A stretch of DNA of 45,340 nt from the IMG/VR virus record IMGVR_UViG_2537561977_000033, one strand, 5' to 3'. Shown here piece after piece: positions 8,461 to 18,933 of the stretch. Within the stretch, counting starts at the first letter, position 1. Each line of letters opens with the position of its first letter. Source of the DNA: a virus. Lineage: Duplodnaviria; Heunggongvirae; Uroviricota; Caudoviricetes. Made by a program: the position numbers and the translations under genes. The notes below the pieces were generated by a model. It was given only the letters and a program-made list of their open reading frames with translations. It did no database searches and was not told the origin of the DNA.

Positions 8461-11400
8461 TCAGCTGATACTGATGCCTGCGGTGGCTTTCTTCATCACC
8501 ACAACCAGCAAATCGCTGATACTTGCTGTGGGATACCAGTCATTTACCAGCCATGCTGACACCGAAAACTCCAGCGTCATGTGGCCGTGACCAGCTGGCA
8601 TATCAATAACACCACTGTAAATCAGCGTATTATCCAGCGCGGTACGGTTATAAATTTCAGCACCATTTTTCTTCACTATCAGGCGGCATGACGAATAAAT
8701 ATCGTTATTCTCCCGCTCATGTTTAGCGCCGCAGAATGCCACCGCTGGAATAACAATTTGCCTGTCAAAAGGCTGATCGTCATAAATCCTGACGGTAATG
8801 GTCCCTGATGGCCACCGCTCCGGTGCCCGGGAGTCCCGCGGGAAAGCCTTACCCACTGTTTTGACAATATCGCCTTCAATCTGATTGGCTGACAGTTTCC
8901 CCTTAATCTGACAGTTCTCATTAATCGTGACGTTGTTGAGCGTCCCGGAGTTCGCGTTCACGTTACCGCTGATATCGGCATTTTTCGCCGTCAGCCGTCC
9001 GCCAGGTGTCAGGGAAAATGCCGGAGGATTACCGCCGCTGGTAATGGTGGGGGCCGTCAGGCGTTTCAGGAACACGTCGTTCATGAATATCTGATCGCCC
9101 TGACCAACAAACATCGGTTTTGTGTTGCCATTCGCAGGATTAACCATCGCAATCCTGTCCGCCGCCAGCAGCACCTGACTCTGCATGCCGTCAGGGGTGT
9201 TCTCAATACCGGCACCAATACCCGCGATATAAAGGCGTCCGTCCTGCATCTGCTGCAGCTTCACAGCCCACATGCTGTTCAGGTTATTATTTGTATCAAC
9301 CTGAACCTTCTGTATCTGCTGAATTGCCGCACTCTGGTCTTCCAGTTTCTTATTGACGGTCTGCGTGATTTCATTGCTGACATCCGTAATGGACGTCCTG
9401 ATTTCAGCCAGGTCAGGCGCAAGCTGACCGTTATCAATCTGCGTCCACAGCTCCTGAGCCAGATGGGTTTTCCCTATCTCGCCTTTGAAAAAATCCAGAT
9501 AGCCGGATGCATCATCACTCGGCTGACCAACAGCCTCCACGAATGCCGATTTGCCAACGGTGTTCACACTGCGAACGTAAAAATAATAATCATGGCCCGG
9601 CCTGATATTGATACTGGCGGCTATCCAGTACAGCGCCGTGCCAAGATAGCGGGCTGTGGTTTCAACCTGCCTGATATCGGTAATCCGCTTTTCCGAGAAC
9701 CAGAACTCAAACTGTACCGTCGGGTCATAAACGGCAAGATGCGGCGTGGCGGTTATCTGAAAATAGCCCGGCGTCAGCTCAATCCGCGACGGCGCTGCCG
9801 GTGCGGCAATCCGGAACGATACCGACGCCGGATCGCCCTGCTGCCCCCACGCATTTACTGCCCGGACTGTCAGCCTGTAGTTCCCCAGCGCCAGTTGTGT
9901 GAAGCGGTAAGTGGTTTCCGTCGTCCGGGCCGTGCTGACCAGCCGCTCACTGCCGTCATCCGCTGTTACGGTCAGACGGAGCAGGAAGCTCACGCCCTTC
10001 ACCACCTTCGGCGTGTCCCAGCGCGCCAGCACCTGATATTCCCCGCTGTCTGCGGTGACTTCGGCAGTCAGGTGCTGCACCGCTGGCGGCGTGACACCAT
10101 TCACCGTGCCGCTCTGGTCGCCGTCAAAGTGCGCCCCGTTATCCACGATGGCCTCTTTTTCCGGTACATGCTGCACGGCGGTGATGGCATACGTGCCGTC
10201 ATCGTTCTCACGGATACTCACGCAGCGGAACAGGCGCTGGCGCAGCGTCGGCAGCTTCAGCCCCCATACGCTGTATCCGGCAACGCCGTCAGGAACACGG
10301 CTCACTTTTACCTTCACGCCGTCGGTGACGGACTGGACCTCCACGCTGACCGGATTGCCTCTTCCGTCAACCAGGCTTATCAGCGTGGTACCGGAGGATG
10401 GCAGCGTGATTTCACGGTCGAGCGTCAGCGTCCGGGTCTGGCTGTTCACCGCCAGCACGCGCCCGCCGGTACTGATACCGGCATAGTCATCATCGCAGAT
10501 TTCAATGACATCGCCCGGTACATGGCGAAGCCCTTCAGCACCCACGCTGAAGTCCACGGTCTGCGTTTCCAGCAGTTCCGTTTTAATCAGCCACAGCCCG
10601 GCGCGGTGTGCCTGCCCCCGGCTGGTACAGCCAAAGGCATCCATCTTCGTGACGTTACGACCGTAACGGGCAATGGCCTGCGTATCTTCAACAAGCTCTG
10701 TCGCCGTCTCCCAGCCGTTGTTCGGGTCAATCCAGTTCACCTCAACGGCATTATGGCGGTCCTTCAGGGCGCTGAAGCTGTAGCGGAACGGCGCGCCATC
10801 ATCCGGCATCACCACATTACTGCGGTTATAGGTCCACGCCTTATCCGACGGTCGGTCCTGCACGAACGTCAGCGTCTGCCCGTTCCATACCGGCATACAG
10901 CGCATCGCCGAGCAGAAATCACTGAGCACATCCCACGCCTTACGCTGTGTGGTCAGGTACGCATTACAGGTGATGCGCGGCTCCGTGCCGCCAAAGCCGT
11001 CCGGCACTGACTGGTCGCAGTACTGGCCGATGACATACAGCGCCCATTTATCCACATCCGTCGCACCAAGACGTTTCCCCATGCCGTAGCGCGGATGGGT
11101 CAGCATATCCCACAGACACCAGGCCATGTTGTTGCTGTATGCCGGTTTAAACGTTCCGTCCCAGATACCGCTGTATTGCCGCGTCTGCGGGTTATAGTTC
11201 GACGGCACCTGCAGAATGCGCCCGCGAAGATGATAATTACGACTCACCTGCTGGCTGCCGAACTGCTCCGAGTCCACCTGCACGCCGACCAGTGCCGTGT
11301 TCGGGTAGCCCTGTTTCACATCGATGATTTCGGTGTATGACGACCAGAGCGTTTTGTTCTGCAGCTGGTCTGTGGTGCTGTCCGGCGTCATCCTGCGCAT

Positions 11401-11940
11401 CCGGATACTGAACGGGCGCGGCGGCAGGTTATCCACCACCACAGAGGCCAGGTACTGCGAGGTGGTTTTGCCTTTAATGGTGATGTCTTTTTCCGTCACC
11501 CAGCCACCGTTACGTTGTATCTGAACCAGCAGGCGGACTTCCGATGGATTCCTGTCCCCCTTTGAGGTGGTTTCCACCAGTGCCTGCACACCGAAGGTAA
11601 AGCGCAGACGGTCGATGTTTGCAGACGTGATGGTCCGGGTGATCGGCGTGTCGTATTTCACTTCCGTACCGAGCACCGTCTCGGATCCGGAGGATTCAAA
11701 TCCCTCCGGCGGTGTCTGCTCCTGCTCACCGGCCCGGAACACCACCGTGACACCGGATATGTTGGTATTCCCCTCAGTGTCCAGCACCGGCGTACTGTTC
11801 AGCAGCACGCTTTTTAAGCCATCCACCGGACCTTCAACCGGCCCTTCGCTGATGGCATCGATCACACTCAGCAACTGCGTGGACTTCAGGTTGTCCTTCG
11901 CTTCGCGCGGGGTATGCCCCTTACTGCTGCCTTTACCCAT
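8461..11940 (-). CDS. J: tail tip / host specificity protein J, 1159 aa, with a C-terminal domain unlike lambda J
   Basis: First ~900 aa near-identical to remembered lambda J ([24 protein letters not shown]...); last ~250 aa diverge. Confidence 0.9.
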   Translation of the reverse strand: MGKGSSKGHTPREAKDNLKSTQLLSVIDAISEGPVEGPVDGLKSVLLNSTPVLDTEGNTNISGVTVVFRAGEQEQTPPEGFESSGSETVLGTEVKYDTPITRTITSANIDRLRFTFGVQALVETTSKGDRNPSEVRLLVQIQRNGGWVTEKDITIKGKTTSQYLASVVVDNLPPRPFSIRMRRMTPDSTTDQLQNKTLWSSYTEIIDVKQGYPNTALVGVQVDSEQFGSQQVSRNYHLRGRILQVPSNYNPQTRQYSGIWDGTFKPAYSNNMAWCLWDMLTHPRYGMGKRLGATDVDKWALYVIGQYCDQSVPDGFGGTEPRITCNAYLTTQRKAWDVLSDFCSAMRCMPVWNGQTLTFVQDRPSDKAWTYNRSNVVMPDDGAPFRYSFSALKDRHNAVEVNWIDPNNGWETATELVEDTQAIARYGRNVTKMDAFGCTSRGQAHRAGLWLIKTELLETQTVDFSVGAEGLRHVPGDVIEICDDDYAGISTGGRVLAVNSQTRTLTLDREITLPSSGTTLISLVDGRGNPVSVEVQSVTDGVKVKVSRVPDGVAGYSVWGLKLPTLRQRLFRCVSIRENDDGTYAITAVQHVPEKEAIVDNGAHFDGDQSGTVNGVTPPAVQHLTAEVTADSGEYQVLARWDTPKVVKGVSFLLRLTVTADDGSERLVSTARTTETTYRFTQLALGNYRLTVRAVNAWGQQGDPASVSFRIAAPAAPSRIELTPGYFQITATPHLAVYDPTVQFEFWFSEKRITDIRQVETTARYLGTALYWIAASINIRPGHDYYFYVRSVNTVGKSAFVEAVGQPSDDASGYLDFFKGEIGKTHLAQELWTQIDNGQLAPDLAEIRTSITDVSNEITQTVNKKLEDQSAAIQQIQKVQVDTNNNLNSMWAVKLQQMQDGRLYIAGIGAGIENTPDGMQSQVLLAADRIAMVNPANGNTKPMFVGQGDQIFMNDVFLKRLTAPTITSGGNPPAFSLTPGGRLTAKNADISGNVNANSGTLNNVTINENCQIKGKLSANQIEGDIVKTVGKAFPRDSRAPERWPSGTITVRIYDDQPFDRQIVIPAVAFCGAKHERENNDIYSSCRLIVKKNGAEIYNRTALDNTLIYSGVIDMPAGHGHMTLEFSVSAWLVNDWYPTASISDLLVVVMKKATAGISIS

Positions 11941-11999
11941 TCCTCACGCTCCATAAACGACAAAACCGCCCGCAGGCGGTTTCACATAAACATTTTGCA

Positions 12000-12671
12000 T
12001 CAGCGACCAATCACCACAACCTGACCACCGTCCCCTTCGTCTGCCGTGCTGATCTCCTGAGAAACCACACGTGACCCCACGCGCATTTCACCGTACAGAA
12101 CGGGCAGAACATTGCCCTGGGCAACCATGTTATCCAGTGAGGAGAAATAGGTGTTTTGTTTGCCGTTATCCGTTGTCTGTGTACGGGGAGTTCTGGTTTT
12201 CGGTGCCAGCATCTGCGCCACACCACCGAGCACCATACTGGCACCGAGAGAAAACAGGATGCCGGTCATACCACCGGCCCCAATGGCTGCCCCCCATGCT
12301 GCAAGGGTGGCTCCGGCGGTAAAGAATGATCCGGCAATGGCGGCAGCTCCCAGGACAATCTGGAATACGCCCCCTGACTTGGCTCCGGCGACTCTGGGAA
12401 CAATATGAATCACAGCGCCGTCAGGCAGAGTCTCATGTAACTGCGCCGTTAACCCGGACGTGCTGACGTCCCGCCCGGCAATCCGTACCTGATACCAGCC
12501 GTCGCTCAGTTTCTGACGAAACGCCGGGAGCTGTGTGGCCAGTGCGCGGATGGCTTCAGCCCCCGTTTTCACACGAAGGTCGATGCGGCGACCAAATCGT
12601 TGTAAATCCCCGTAAAGGCAGATGCGCGCCATGCCCGGTGACGCCAGAGGGAGTGTGTGCGTCGCTGCCAT
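12000..12671 (-). CDS. I: tail assembly protein I, 223 aa
   Basis: MAATHTLPLASPGMARICLYGDLQRFGRRIDLRV... matches lambda I. Confidence 0.85.
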   Translation of the reverse strand: MAATHTLPLASPGMARICLYGDLQRFGRRIDLRVKTGAEAIRALATQLPAFRQKLSDGWYQVRIAGRDVSTSGLTAQLHETLPDGAVIHIVPRVAGAKSGGVFQIVLGAAAIAGSFFTAGATLAAWGAAIGAGGMTGILFSLGASMVLGGVAQMLAPKTRTPRTQTTDNGKQNTYFSSLDNMVAQGNVLPVLYGEMRVGSRVVSQEISTADEGDGGQVVVIGR

Positions 12672-13312
12672 TTGTCGGTATACCTCTCTCGTTTGCTCAG
12701 TTGTTCAGGAATATGGTGCAGCAGCTCGCCATCACCACAGTAAATGGCGGCATGATTCGGCACCGATGAACCAAAACAGCACAGCAGCACATCGCCCGGT
12801 TGTGCTGATGACAACGGCACCTGATACAGCCCTGTGGCCTCCAGATTATCCAGATAGAGATTCTGACCGTGACGCCACCAGTCATCCTCGCGATGAAAAT
12901 CCGGCATCTCAATCCCCGCCAGATGATAAGCATCCCGGAACAGCGTGTAACAGTCCGTCACCCCGTGTTCAAAGCGCCGCCCGGTAAGATGTGGCACACA
13001 GCGGAACTTGTGAATCGCCCCCCGGCAGACCAGCCACCACGGCAAATCACTCTGCACCTGCAGCCGCCGGTCAGCCTCACTCAGCCAGGGCAGACCACCG
13101 GGGTGGCTGTGGACCAGCGCCACAATCTCACCCTGCATTTCTGCCTGCAGCCAGTCCTCCGGCGACATCCGGAAATAATCCTCTGGCTCACCGGAGATAT
13201 TCACGCAGGGAAAATATCTTTCCCCCTCCGGCGTGCTTACCACGAAGCCGCACGACTCCGCTGGCGCACATCGCCGGGCGTGCGCCAGAATCGCTGATTC
13301 TGTCTGTGTCAT
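12569..13312 (-). CDS. K: tail assembly protein K (JAMM/MPN plus NlpC/P60-like), 247 aa; lambda annotation may start at an internal Met
   Basis: MTQTESAILAHARRCAPAESCGF...HSHPGGLPWLSEAD (HxH...S..D JAMM-like motif) matches lambda K; overlaps I as in lambda. Confidence 0.85.
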   Translation of the reverse strand: MTQTESAILAHARRCAPAESCGFVVSTPEGERYFPCVNISGEPEDYFRMSPEDWLQAEMQGEIVALVHSHPGGLPWLSEADRRLQVQSDLPWWLVCRGAIHKFRCVPHLTGRRFEHGVTDCYTLFRDAYHLAGIEMPDFHREDDWWRHGQNLYLDNLEATGLYQVPLSSAQPGDVLLCCFGSSVPNHAAIYCGDGELLHHIPEQLSKRERYTDKWQRRTHSLWRHRAWRASAFTGIYNDLVAASTFV

Positions 13313-13317
13313 GGGAT

Positions 13318-14015
13318 TTACTGCGAAAGTTTGTTAATGGAAAGGAAGCCGCCAAAGTTGCCGACGTTATTGCGGAACTTACAACCGCTCAGGCATTTGC
13401 TGCATTTATCCTTCGTGATATCGGACGTTGGCTGGTCATATTCATCCGCGACCGCCGGACCGTGATAACCGCACTCATCGCCGCGATAGGTCCAGGTGCA
13501 GGTGTTGGCCAGCATGATACGTCCCGGAAAAACAGCGCCATCCGTTTCCGTCGGCGTGGACAGTACAAAGGAGGCACTCACCGCGCTCAGTTCGCTGCAC
13601 TGCTCAATGCGCCAGCGGCTGATCACCTCCTGCTCCGGATCGGCATAACTGTTTCCGTTGACGAAGTTCACCGCATCCAGAAAACGGGCGTAAACCTTAC
13701 GCCGGACCACCGTTCCGCCGACCAGGCTCTGCATATCTTCCGCCATCCCGGTGACCATACCGTACAGGTTAGAAACCGTCAGCGTGGGGCGCGTACTGGT
13801 GCCTTTGCCATTCAGTTCAAAACCGCTCCCCTGAATGGGATACGGCTGATACTGTCGCCCCTGCCAGGTGACCGGCTCACCTTTTTCGTTCTGCTCATTA
13901 CAGAAAAATAACGTTCTCCACCGACCTCTGTCAGATCGATTTCCCAGAGCACCACGCTGGCCGACTGCTCCGCACGGGTGCATTCATTCAGTGTTTCCTG
14001 CCGGATATCCTGCAT
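13318..14015 (-). pseudogene. L: tail protein L with a -1 frameshift in a T-run
   Basis: N-terminal 37 aa (MQDIRQETLNECTRAEQSASVVLWEIDLTEVGGERYF) and the rest (FFCNEQNEKGEPVTWQ...KLSQ) sit in different frames; the junction is TATTTTTCTG on the coding strand, around 13904-13908. Confidence 0.75.
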
Positions 14016-14344
14016 CAGTTCACCACCTGTTTAAACTCTGCGCTGAACTCAACACGCAACATACTGACCTGCGACGACCATTTTGCGCAGATCACCTTTA
14101 TCTGCCTGTAACCATAAGGCGGCGTCCACAGAAAGGCCTTCCAGCCCCCGTGCTCAGCCAGAAACGACTCCAGCGCCGTGGCCTCCTCACGGGAGACAGA
14201 CAGCGTCACGCTGTACGTTTTCAGGTCAGCGTTCAGCCCGGCAGGCGCACGCTGGGAATAGCCATCACCAAAGCGCACCTCCCTGACGGAAGGAGCCGAT
14301 GTCACATCCATCCCGGGTTTCACTTTCCAGCGGAAGGTTTTCAT
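14015..14344 (-). CDS. M: tail protein M, 109 aa
   Basis: MKTFRWKVKPGMDV...RVEFSAEFKQVVN matches lambda M. Confidence 0.85.
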   Translation of the reverse strand: MKTFRWKVKPGMDVTSAPSVREVRFGDGYSQRAPAGLNADLKTYSVTLSVSREEATALESFLAEHGGWKAFLWTPPYGYRQIKVICAKWSSQVSMLRVEFSAEFKQVVN

Positions 14345-15159
14345 CGTCCACCTCCGGAGAACAGACCACCATCGCGCATCTGTGCCTGGATTTCATCACG
14401 GGCACCCTTGCGGGCCATGTCATACACCGCCTTCATCATCTGTGGACCTGGCAGACCATTCGTACCGTCGTTCTGAATCACCACGTTGTTGTTCTGCTCA
14501 AACCTGATACCCTCTGAACGCCGCATTTGCGCCGGACTTCCGGTGCCACCGACATAACCGCCGGTGGCATAGCCGCGCATCAGCCGGTAGAGATTTCCCA
14601 CGCCAATCCGGCTGGTTGCCTCCTTCGTGAAGACAAATTCACCACGGTGAACAATCCCCGCTGGCTCATATTTGCCGCCGGTTCCCGTAAATCCTCCGGT
14701 TGCAAAATGGAATTTCGCCGCAGCTGCCTGAATGGCTGTACCGCCTGACGCTGATGCGCCGCCACCAACAGCCCCGCCAATGGCGCTGCCAATACTCCCG
14801 ACAATCCCCACCATTGCCTGCTTAAGCAGAATTTCTGTCATCATGGACAGCACGGAACGGGTGAAGCTGCGCCAGTTCTGCTCACTGCTGGTCAGCATCG
14901 CTGCCATATTCTGCGCAATACCATCAAAGGTCTGCGTGGCTGCACTTTTAACCTGCAACATACTGTCCGTGGCACTCTCTTTCCACTCGCTCCAGCCGGA
15001 CCTGAGGCCTGCCATCCAGCTCCCGCGAAGCAGGTCTTCAGCCGCCCAGGTCTTTTTCTGCTCTGACATGACGTTATTCAGCGCCAGAGGATTATCGCCA
15101 TACTGTTCCTTCAGGCGCTGTTCCGTGGCTTCCCGTTCTGCCTGCCGGTCAGTCAGCCC
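14341..15159 (-). pseudogene. H: tape measure protein H, C-terminal ~270 codons only; 5' end removed at the IS boundary
   Basis: Open frame runs without stops from the IS left end at 15159 down to the stop at 14341; the supplied ORF (first Met at 15069) covers part of it. Lambda H is about 850 aa. Confidence 0.8.
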
Positions 15160-16453
15160 CTGAGGAATCCCCAGAAAACAAGACAGGCATAGTGAGATGT
15201 GATCTAATTGATTGTGCTAACAATTTCAAGGAGATCACCACTATGCCTGCACGTTCATTATGCCAAAATTTCCTTAACAACATACTGGCCCCTTTGCATC
15301 TTTACCGTCAAAAATCACTGATTGACGCAACTAATGCTGTAATAAATGGCGCTTCCCTCACACTTACCAGTATCGGGCGTCATTTAACCGGTACGGCATC
15401 AGTTAAAAACAAAATAAAGCGGGTGGATCGACTGTTGGGGAATCGACATTTGCAAAATGAGGTTTCCACCATTTTTCAGCGAATTACCCAAAAGATTACG
15501 CGGGGAATGTCTCGTGTTGTGATACTCATTGACTGGAGTGCTTATCATGCCTCTCGTTTTCAGCTTTTGCGGGCAAGCCTGGCATGTGACGGGCGTTCTT
15601 TACCGTTGATGAGTTGTGTCGTTCCATCATCACAGACAGCGAATGCAGATGTACATGAGCGTTTTCTGGAATCGCTTGCTGAGTGCTTTTCCCCCGGGAC
15701 TGATGTCATTGTTATTACAGATGCCGGTTTTCAGGGGCGATGGTTCCAACAGCTCCGCTCCCGTGGCTGGACCTATATTTGCCGGGTACTGGGCAATCAT
15801 TATTACAATGTTGGTAATGGCTGGGAAAAGGTGTCGGACTCAGGCACAAAAGCATCAACGACAGCAATTTATTTAGGTGAAGGCCTGCTGGGTCGAGATA
15901 AAAATGCACAACATGAAGGGCATTTTTATCTTTATAAAAGTAAGCCTAAAGGTCGTAGATTTAAACGCTCGAAGGAAAGAGCAACCAGACCATCGGTGAC
16001 GGCTAAAGCTCGTACTGCCGGGAAATCACCATGGTTTATTTTCACAAACAGTACTGAGTTCTCGCCAAAACAGGTAATGAAATTATACAGCCGTAGAATG
16101 CAAATTGAGCAAAATTTCAGGGATGAAAAAAATCCTCGCTGGGGATTTGGACTACGGTTTGGTGCCAGTCATTCATCCGGGCGGGTCACGGTATTGAGTC
16201 TGATCGCAACATTAGCCAGTATCATTATGTGGTTAAGCGGTTTCAGCCTGGAAAACAAAGGGATACATCATAAATATCAGGCAAATACAGTGAAGCACAG
16301 GCGAGTCATCTCGTTATTAAAACTGGCGGAGAATGTGATTCGACATTCTCCACTCATACTAAACACACTGTCACTTGACGCAGGGCTGAAAGTTCTACAG
16401 CAACGGTATACCAATATGATAATGGTTTACTAAATTTTCTGGGGATCCCTCAG
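15160..16453 (+). mobile_element. IS4-family (IS10-like) insertion sequence, ~1.29 kb, no flanking direct repeat
   Basis: Terminal inverted repeats CTGAGGAATCCCCAGAAAA (15160-15178) and TTTTCTGGGGATCCCTCAG (16435-16453) resemble IS10 ends (CTGA.GATCCCC); flanking 9-mers differ (AGTCAGCCC vs GGCAAATCC). Confidence 0.8.
15192..16433 (+). CDS. IS4-family DDE transposase, 413 aa, IS10 transposase-like
   Basis: Motifs KRVDRLLGNRHLQNE, YKSKPKGRRFKRS, YSRRMQIEQNFRDEK and HKYQANTVKHRRV parallel remembered IS10 transposase; partial identity only. Confidence 0.85.
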   Translation: MRCDLIDCANNFKEITTMPARSLCQNFLNNILAPLHLYRQKSLIDATNAVINGASLTLTSIGRHLTGTASVKNKIKRVDRLLGNRHLQNEVSTIFQRITQKITRGMSRVVILIDWSAYHASRFQLLRASLACDGRSLPLMSCVVPSSQTANADVHERFLESLAECFSPGTDVIVITDAGFQGRWFQQLRSRGWTYICRVLGNHYYNVGNGWEKVSDSGTKASTTAIYLGEGLLGRDKNAQHEGHFYLYKSKPKGRRFKRSKERATRPSVTAKARTAGKSPWFIFTNSTEFSPKQVMKLYSRRMQIEQNFRDEKNPRWGFGLRFGASHSSGRVTVLSLIATLASIIMWLSGFSLENKGIHHKYQANTVKHRRVISLLKLAENVIRHSPLILNTLSLDAGLKVLQQRYTNMIMVY

Positions 16454-16695
16454 GGCAAATCCCCCCGGTTAACTTTGATTCTGGCCTGCGGATTTTTGAC
16501 CGTGGCCCTTTTCAGCCTGGCCCTTTCCTTTACCAGTTTCCGGCGTACCTTTGTCTCACGGGCAACCTGTGACGCAGACTGCGATATCGCGGATGAAGCA
16601 ACGCGGTTAATGGCCATTGCGGCGGCACCGGGCACCGCCGTTTTGCTGATACGGCTGAGGTTTTCAACGGCCTGCTCAAGACCTTTTATGGCCAT
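16454..16695 (-). pseudogene. Z: tail protein Z, N-terminal ~80 codons, truncated at the IS
   Basis: MAIKGLEQAVENLSRISKTAVPGAAAMAINRVASS...KVNRGDLP matches the lambda Z N-terminus; the frame runs into the IS right end. Confidence 0.7.
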
Positions 16696-16706
16696 ACATC
16701 CCCCTT

Positions 16707-17060
16707 TCAGCGGCGACGGTTAACGGCAGGCGGTACGCCCCGTCCAAGCCAGAGATGACAACTTCCGCCATCATCCGGCGAAACCCGATCTACCCAGAAA
16801 TTTTCCTCACCGATGGTCAGCGTGTCTCCACGCCGCAGCTGCCGCACCTCATCAGTCCGGACAAACAGGGACGGGCTGGAGCCTTCAACGCGCACGCCCT
16901 GTCCGGCATAGCTGATATTTTCAGGGTCATCAAAAACACCACGTATCACCGCACCTGACTGCTCACCGGATGTCATGGTGGCTGACGTTCCCATGTACCC
17001 GCGTATCGTTTCATCGGCGCGGGCAATGGCAGCATCGAACAGGTTATCGAAATCAGCCAC
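16707..17060 (-). CDS. FII: head-tail joining protein FII, 117 aa
   Basis: MADFDNLFDAAIARADETIRGYMGTSA... essentially identical to lambda FII from memory. Confidence 0.85.
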   Translation of the reverse strand: MADFDNLFDAAIARADETIRGYMGTSATMTSGEQSGAVIRGVFDDPENISYAGQGVRVEGSSPSLFVRTDEVRQLRRGDTLTIGEENFWVDRVSPDDGGSCHLWLGRGVPPAVNRRR

Positions 17061-17071
17061 AGCGCCTCCCG

Positions 17072-17470
17072 TTATTGCATTCTGGCCAGGCCGCGCTCTG
17101 TCATTTCGGCTGCCACACCGGCAGAGACACGAAACGCCGTTCCCGGCAGCACAAATGCCACAGGTTCATCCCGCGTGGCGTGAAGTGCATCAGTATGCAG
17201 CTTCACCAGTGCCACGACCGTGACCAGTTCAGACGTATCCAGAATCACGGTATCCGGCTGCGCTGATCCCACCTCATTTTCATGTCCGGTCAGCACATTT
17301 TCCCGGCTGAGAGGGGTGTCCTGACCGGCAGTTTCATCCGTGTCATCAAGCTCCTCTTCCAGCTCTGCCACACGGAGCGCCAGTTCTTCTTTCGTCCCCG
17401 TCAGGCTGACATCACGGTTCAGTTGTTCACCCAGCGAGCGGAGACGGGCAATCAGTTCATCTTTCGTCAT
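17072..17470 (-). CDS. FI: head protein FI, 132 aa from the internal Met MTKDELIARL...
   Basis: ORF 17072-17509 contains the lambda FI sequence starting at MTKDEL. Confidence 0.8.
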   Translation of the reverse strand: MTKDELIARLRSLGEQLNRDVSLTGTKEELALRVAELEEELDDTDETAGQDTPLSRENVLTGHENEVGSAQPDTVILDTSELVTVVALVKLHTDALHATRDEPVAFVLPGTAFRVSAGVAAEMTERGLARMQ

Positions 17471-17511
17471 GGACTCCTCCACAGAGAGAAAATGGCCCCG
17501 AAGGGCCATGA

Positions 17512-18537
17512 TTACGCCAGTTGAACGGCCACGAACTCATCAGGATCAGCCAGCAGCATCAGCGGTGCTGACTGAATCATGGTGAACTCTCGCGCCGGAT
17601 CGCCGGATGTCTTCCAGTTTTTCGGATAACGGGGAGACGCATTAATACCCTCACTCAATGCATCCGCATCCTGAATACAGCCATAGGTGCGCAGACCGCG
17701 TGCATGAGTGTTACCCAGCACCATCGTGTTGTCCGGCAGGAAGTTCTTTTTGACGCCGTTTTCCACGTACTGTCCGGAATACACGACGATGGCCACATCG
17801 CCATACATCCCCTTATAGGACACCGCTTTACCCAGGTCTTTCACCGCTGTCTCCAGCTCGGAATGAGAGCCACGACGGGTATCCAGCTTCTCCCTGACGG
17901 CTTTGAAGGAACGGAACAGCGCCCAGCCTTTCGGATCGAACACGATGATATTCACCACACCGCTGGCGTTCAGCGCGTAGGCTTCGATATCGTCGGTCGG
18001 GTCATACGTGGACTTGTCACGCTTGCTCCACTCCGTGCCGCCGGACTGCGTGATGTTATTCTCCTCACTGCGGCCCATATCCACCTCAACCGGATCGAAG
18101 GCTTCACCGGTCATGGTGTATTTGCCCTTAAGCACGGCAGAAACTGCCTGCATCTCTTCGACCTGAGCAATGGCCAGCTCTTCGTCACGCATGTTCTGCA
18201 TGATGATGCGACGGCGGCGGTAAGCTGGGTCCGCCAGATTCTGCGGATCTTCATCCGGCAGGCGACGCAGGGTCATCTGCGGATTCACTTCATGCTTCGG
18301 CTTGACATATCCCGGCGTAAATTCAGAGGTGGAGCCGCCACGGGAACGGATAACCTCACCGGAAACAATCGGCGAAACGTACAGCGCCATGTTTACCAGT
18401 CCCGGAATTTGTGAGAGATAGACTTTCTCCGTGGTGAAGGGATAGCTCTCACGGAAAAAGAGACGCAGAAACAGCGGATCAAACTTAAATTTCTGCTCAT
18501 TTGCCGCCAGCAGCTGGGCGGTTGTGTATATCGACAT
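17512..18537 (-). CDS. E: major capsid protein E, 341 aa
   Basis: MSIYTTAQLLAANEQKFKFDPLFLRLFFRESYPF... matches lambda gpE. Confidence 0.9.
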   Translation of the reverse strand: MSIYTTAQLLAANEQKFKFDPLFLRLFFRESYPFTTEKVYLSQIPGLVNMALYVSPIVSGEVIRSRGGSTSEFTPGYVKPKHEVNPQMTLRRLPDEDPQNLADPAYRRRRIIMQNMRDEELAIAQVEEMQAVSAVLKGKYTMTGEAFDPVEVDMGRSEENNITQSGGTEWSKRDKSTYDPTDDIEAYALNASGVVNIIVFDPKGWALFRSFKAVREKLDTRRGSHSELETAVKDLGKAVSYKGMYGDVAIVVYSGQYVENGVKKNFLPDNTMVLGNTHARGLRTYGCIQDADALSEGINASPRYPKNWKTSGDPAREFTMIQSAPLMLLADPDEFVAVQLA

Positions 18538-18591
18538 AAAAAATCCCGTAAAAAAAGCCGCACAGGCGGCCTTTAGTGATGAAGGGTAAAG

Positions 18592-18924
18592 TTAAACGAT
18601 GCTGATTGCCGTTCCGGCAAACGCGGTCCGTTTTTTCGTCTCGTCGCTGGCAGCCTCCGGCCAGAGCACATCCTCATAACGGAACGTGCCGGACTTGTAG
18701 AACGTCAGTGTGGTGCTGGTCTGGTCAGCAGCAACTGCAAGAATGCCAACGGCAGCACCGTCGGTGGTGCCATCCCACGCAACCAGCTTACGGGTGGAGG
18801 TGTCCAGCATCAGCGGGGTCATTGCAGGCGCTTTCGCACTCAATCCGCCGGGCGCGGTTGCGGTATGAGCCGGGTCACTGTTGCCCAGCGGCTGGTAATG
18901 GGTAAAGGTTTCTTTGCTCGTCAT
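18592..18924 (-). CDS. D: head decoration protein D, 110 aa
   Basis: [40 protein letters not shown]... matches lambda gpD; the ORF has 2 extra N-terminal codons. Confidence 0.85.
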   Translation of the reverse strand: MTSKETFTHYQPLGNSDPAHTATAPGGLSAKAPAMTPLMLDTSTRKLVAWDGTTDGAAVGILAVAADQTSTTLTFYKSGTFRYEDVLWPEAASDETKKRTAFAGTAISIV

Positions 18925-18933
18925 AAACATCCC

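Noticed and set aside
9463-11010. Long plus-strand ORF (515 aa) and other ORFs antisense to J
   Set aside because: Entirely inside the strongly supported J gene on the opposite strand; GC-rich antisense frames commonly stay open. No independent support.
11941-11999. Hairpin AAACCGCCCGCAGGCGGTTT between J and I considered as a terminator
   Set aside because: I and J are co-transcribed in lambda and the flanking T-run on the minus strand is weak; more likely a neutral GC hairpin.
17704-18414. 236-aa plus-strand ORF inside the major capsid gene E
   Set aside because: Antisense to a near-identical lambda gpE; no start context.
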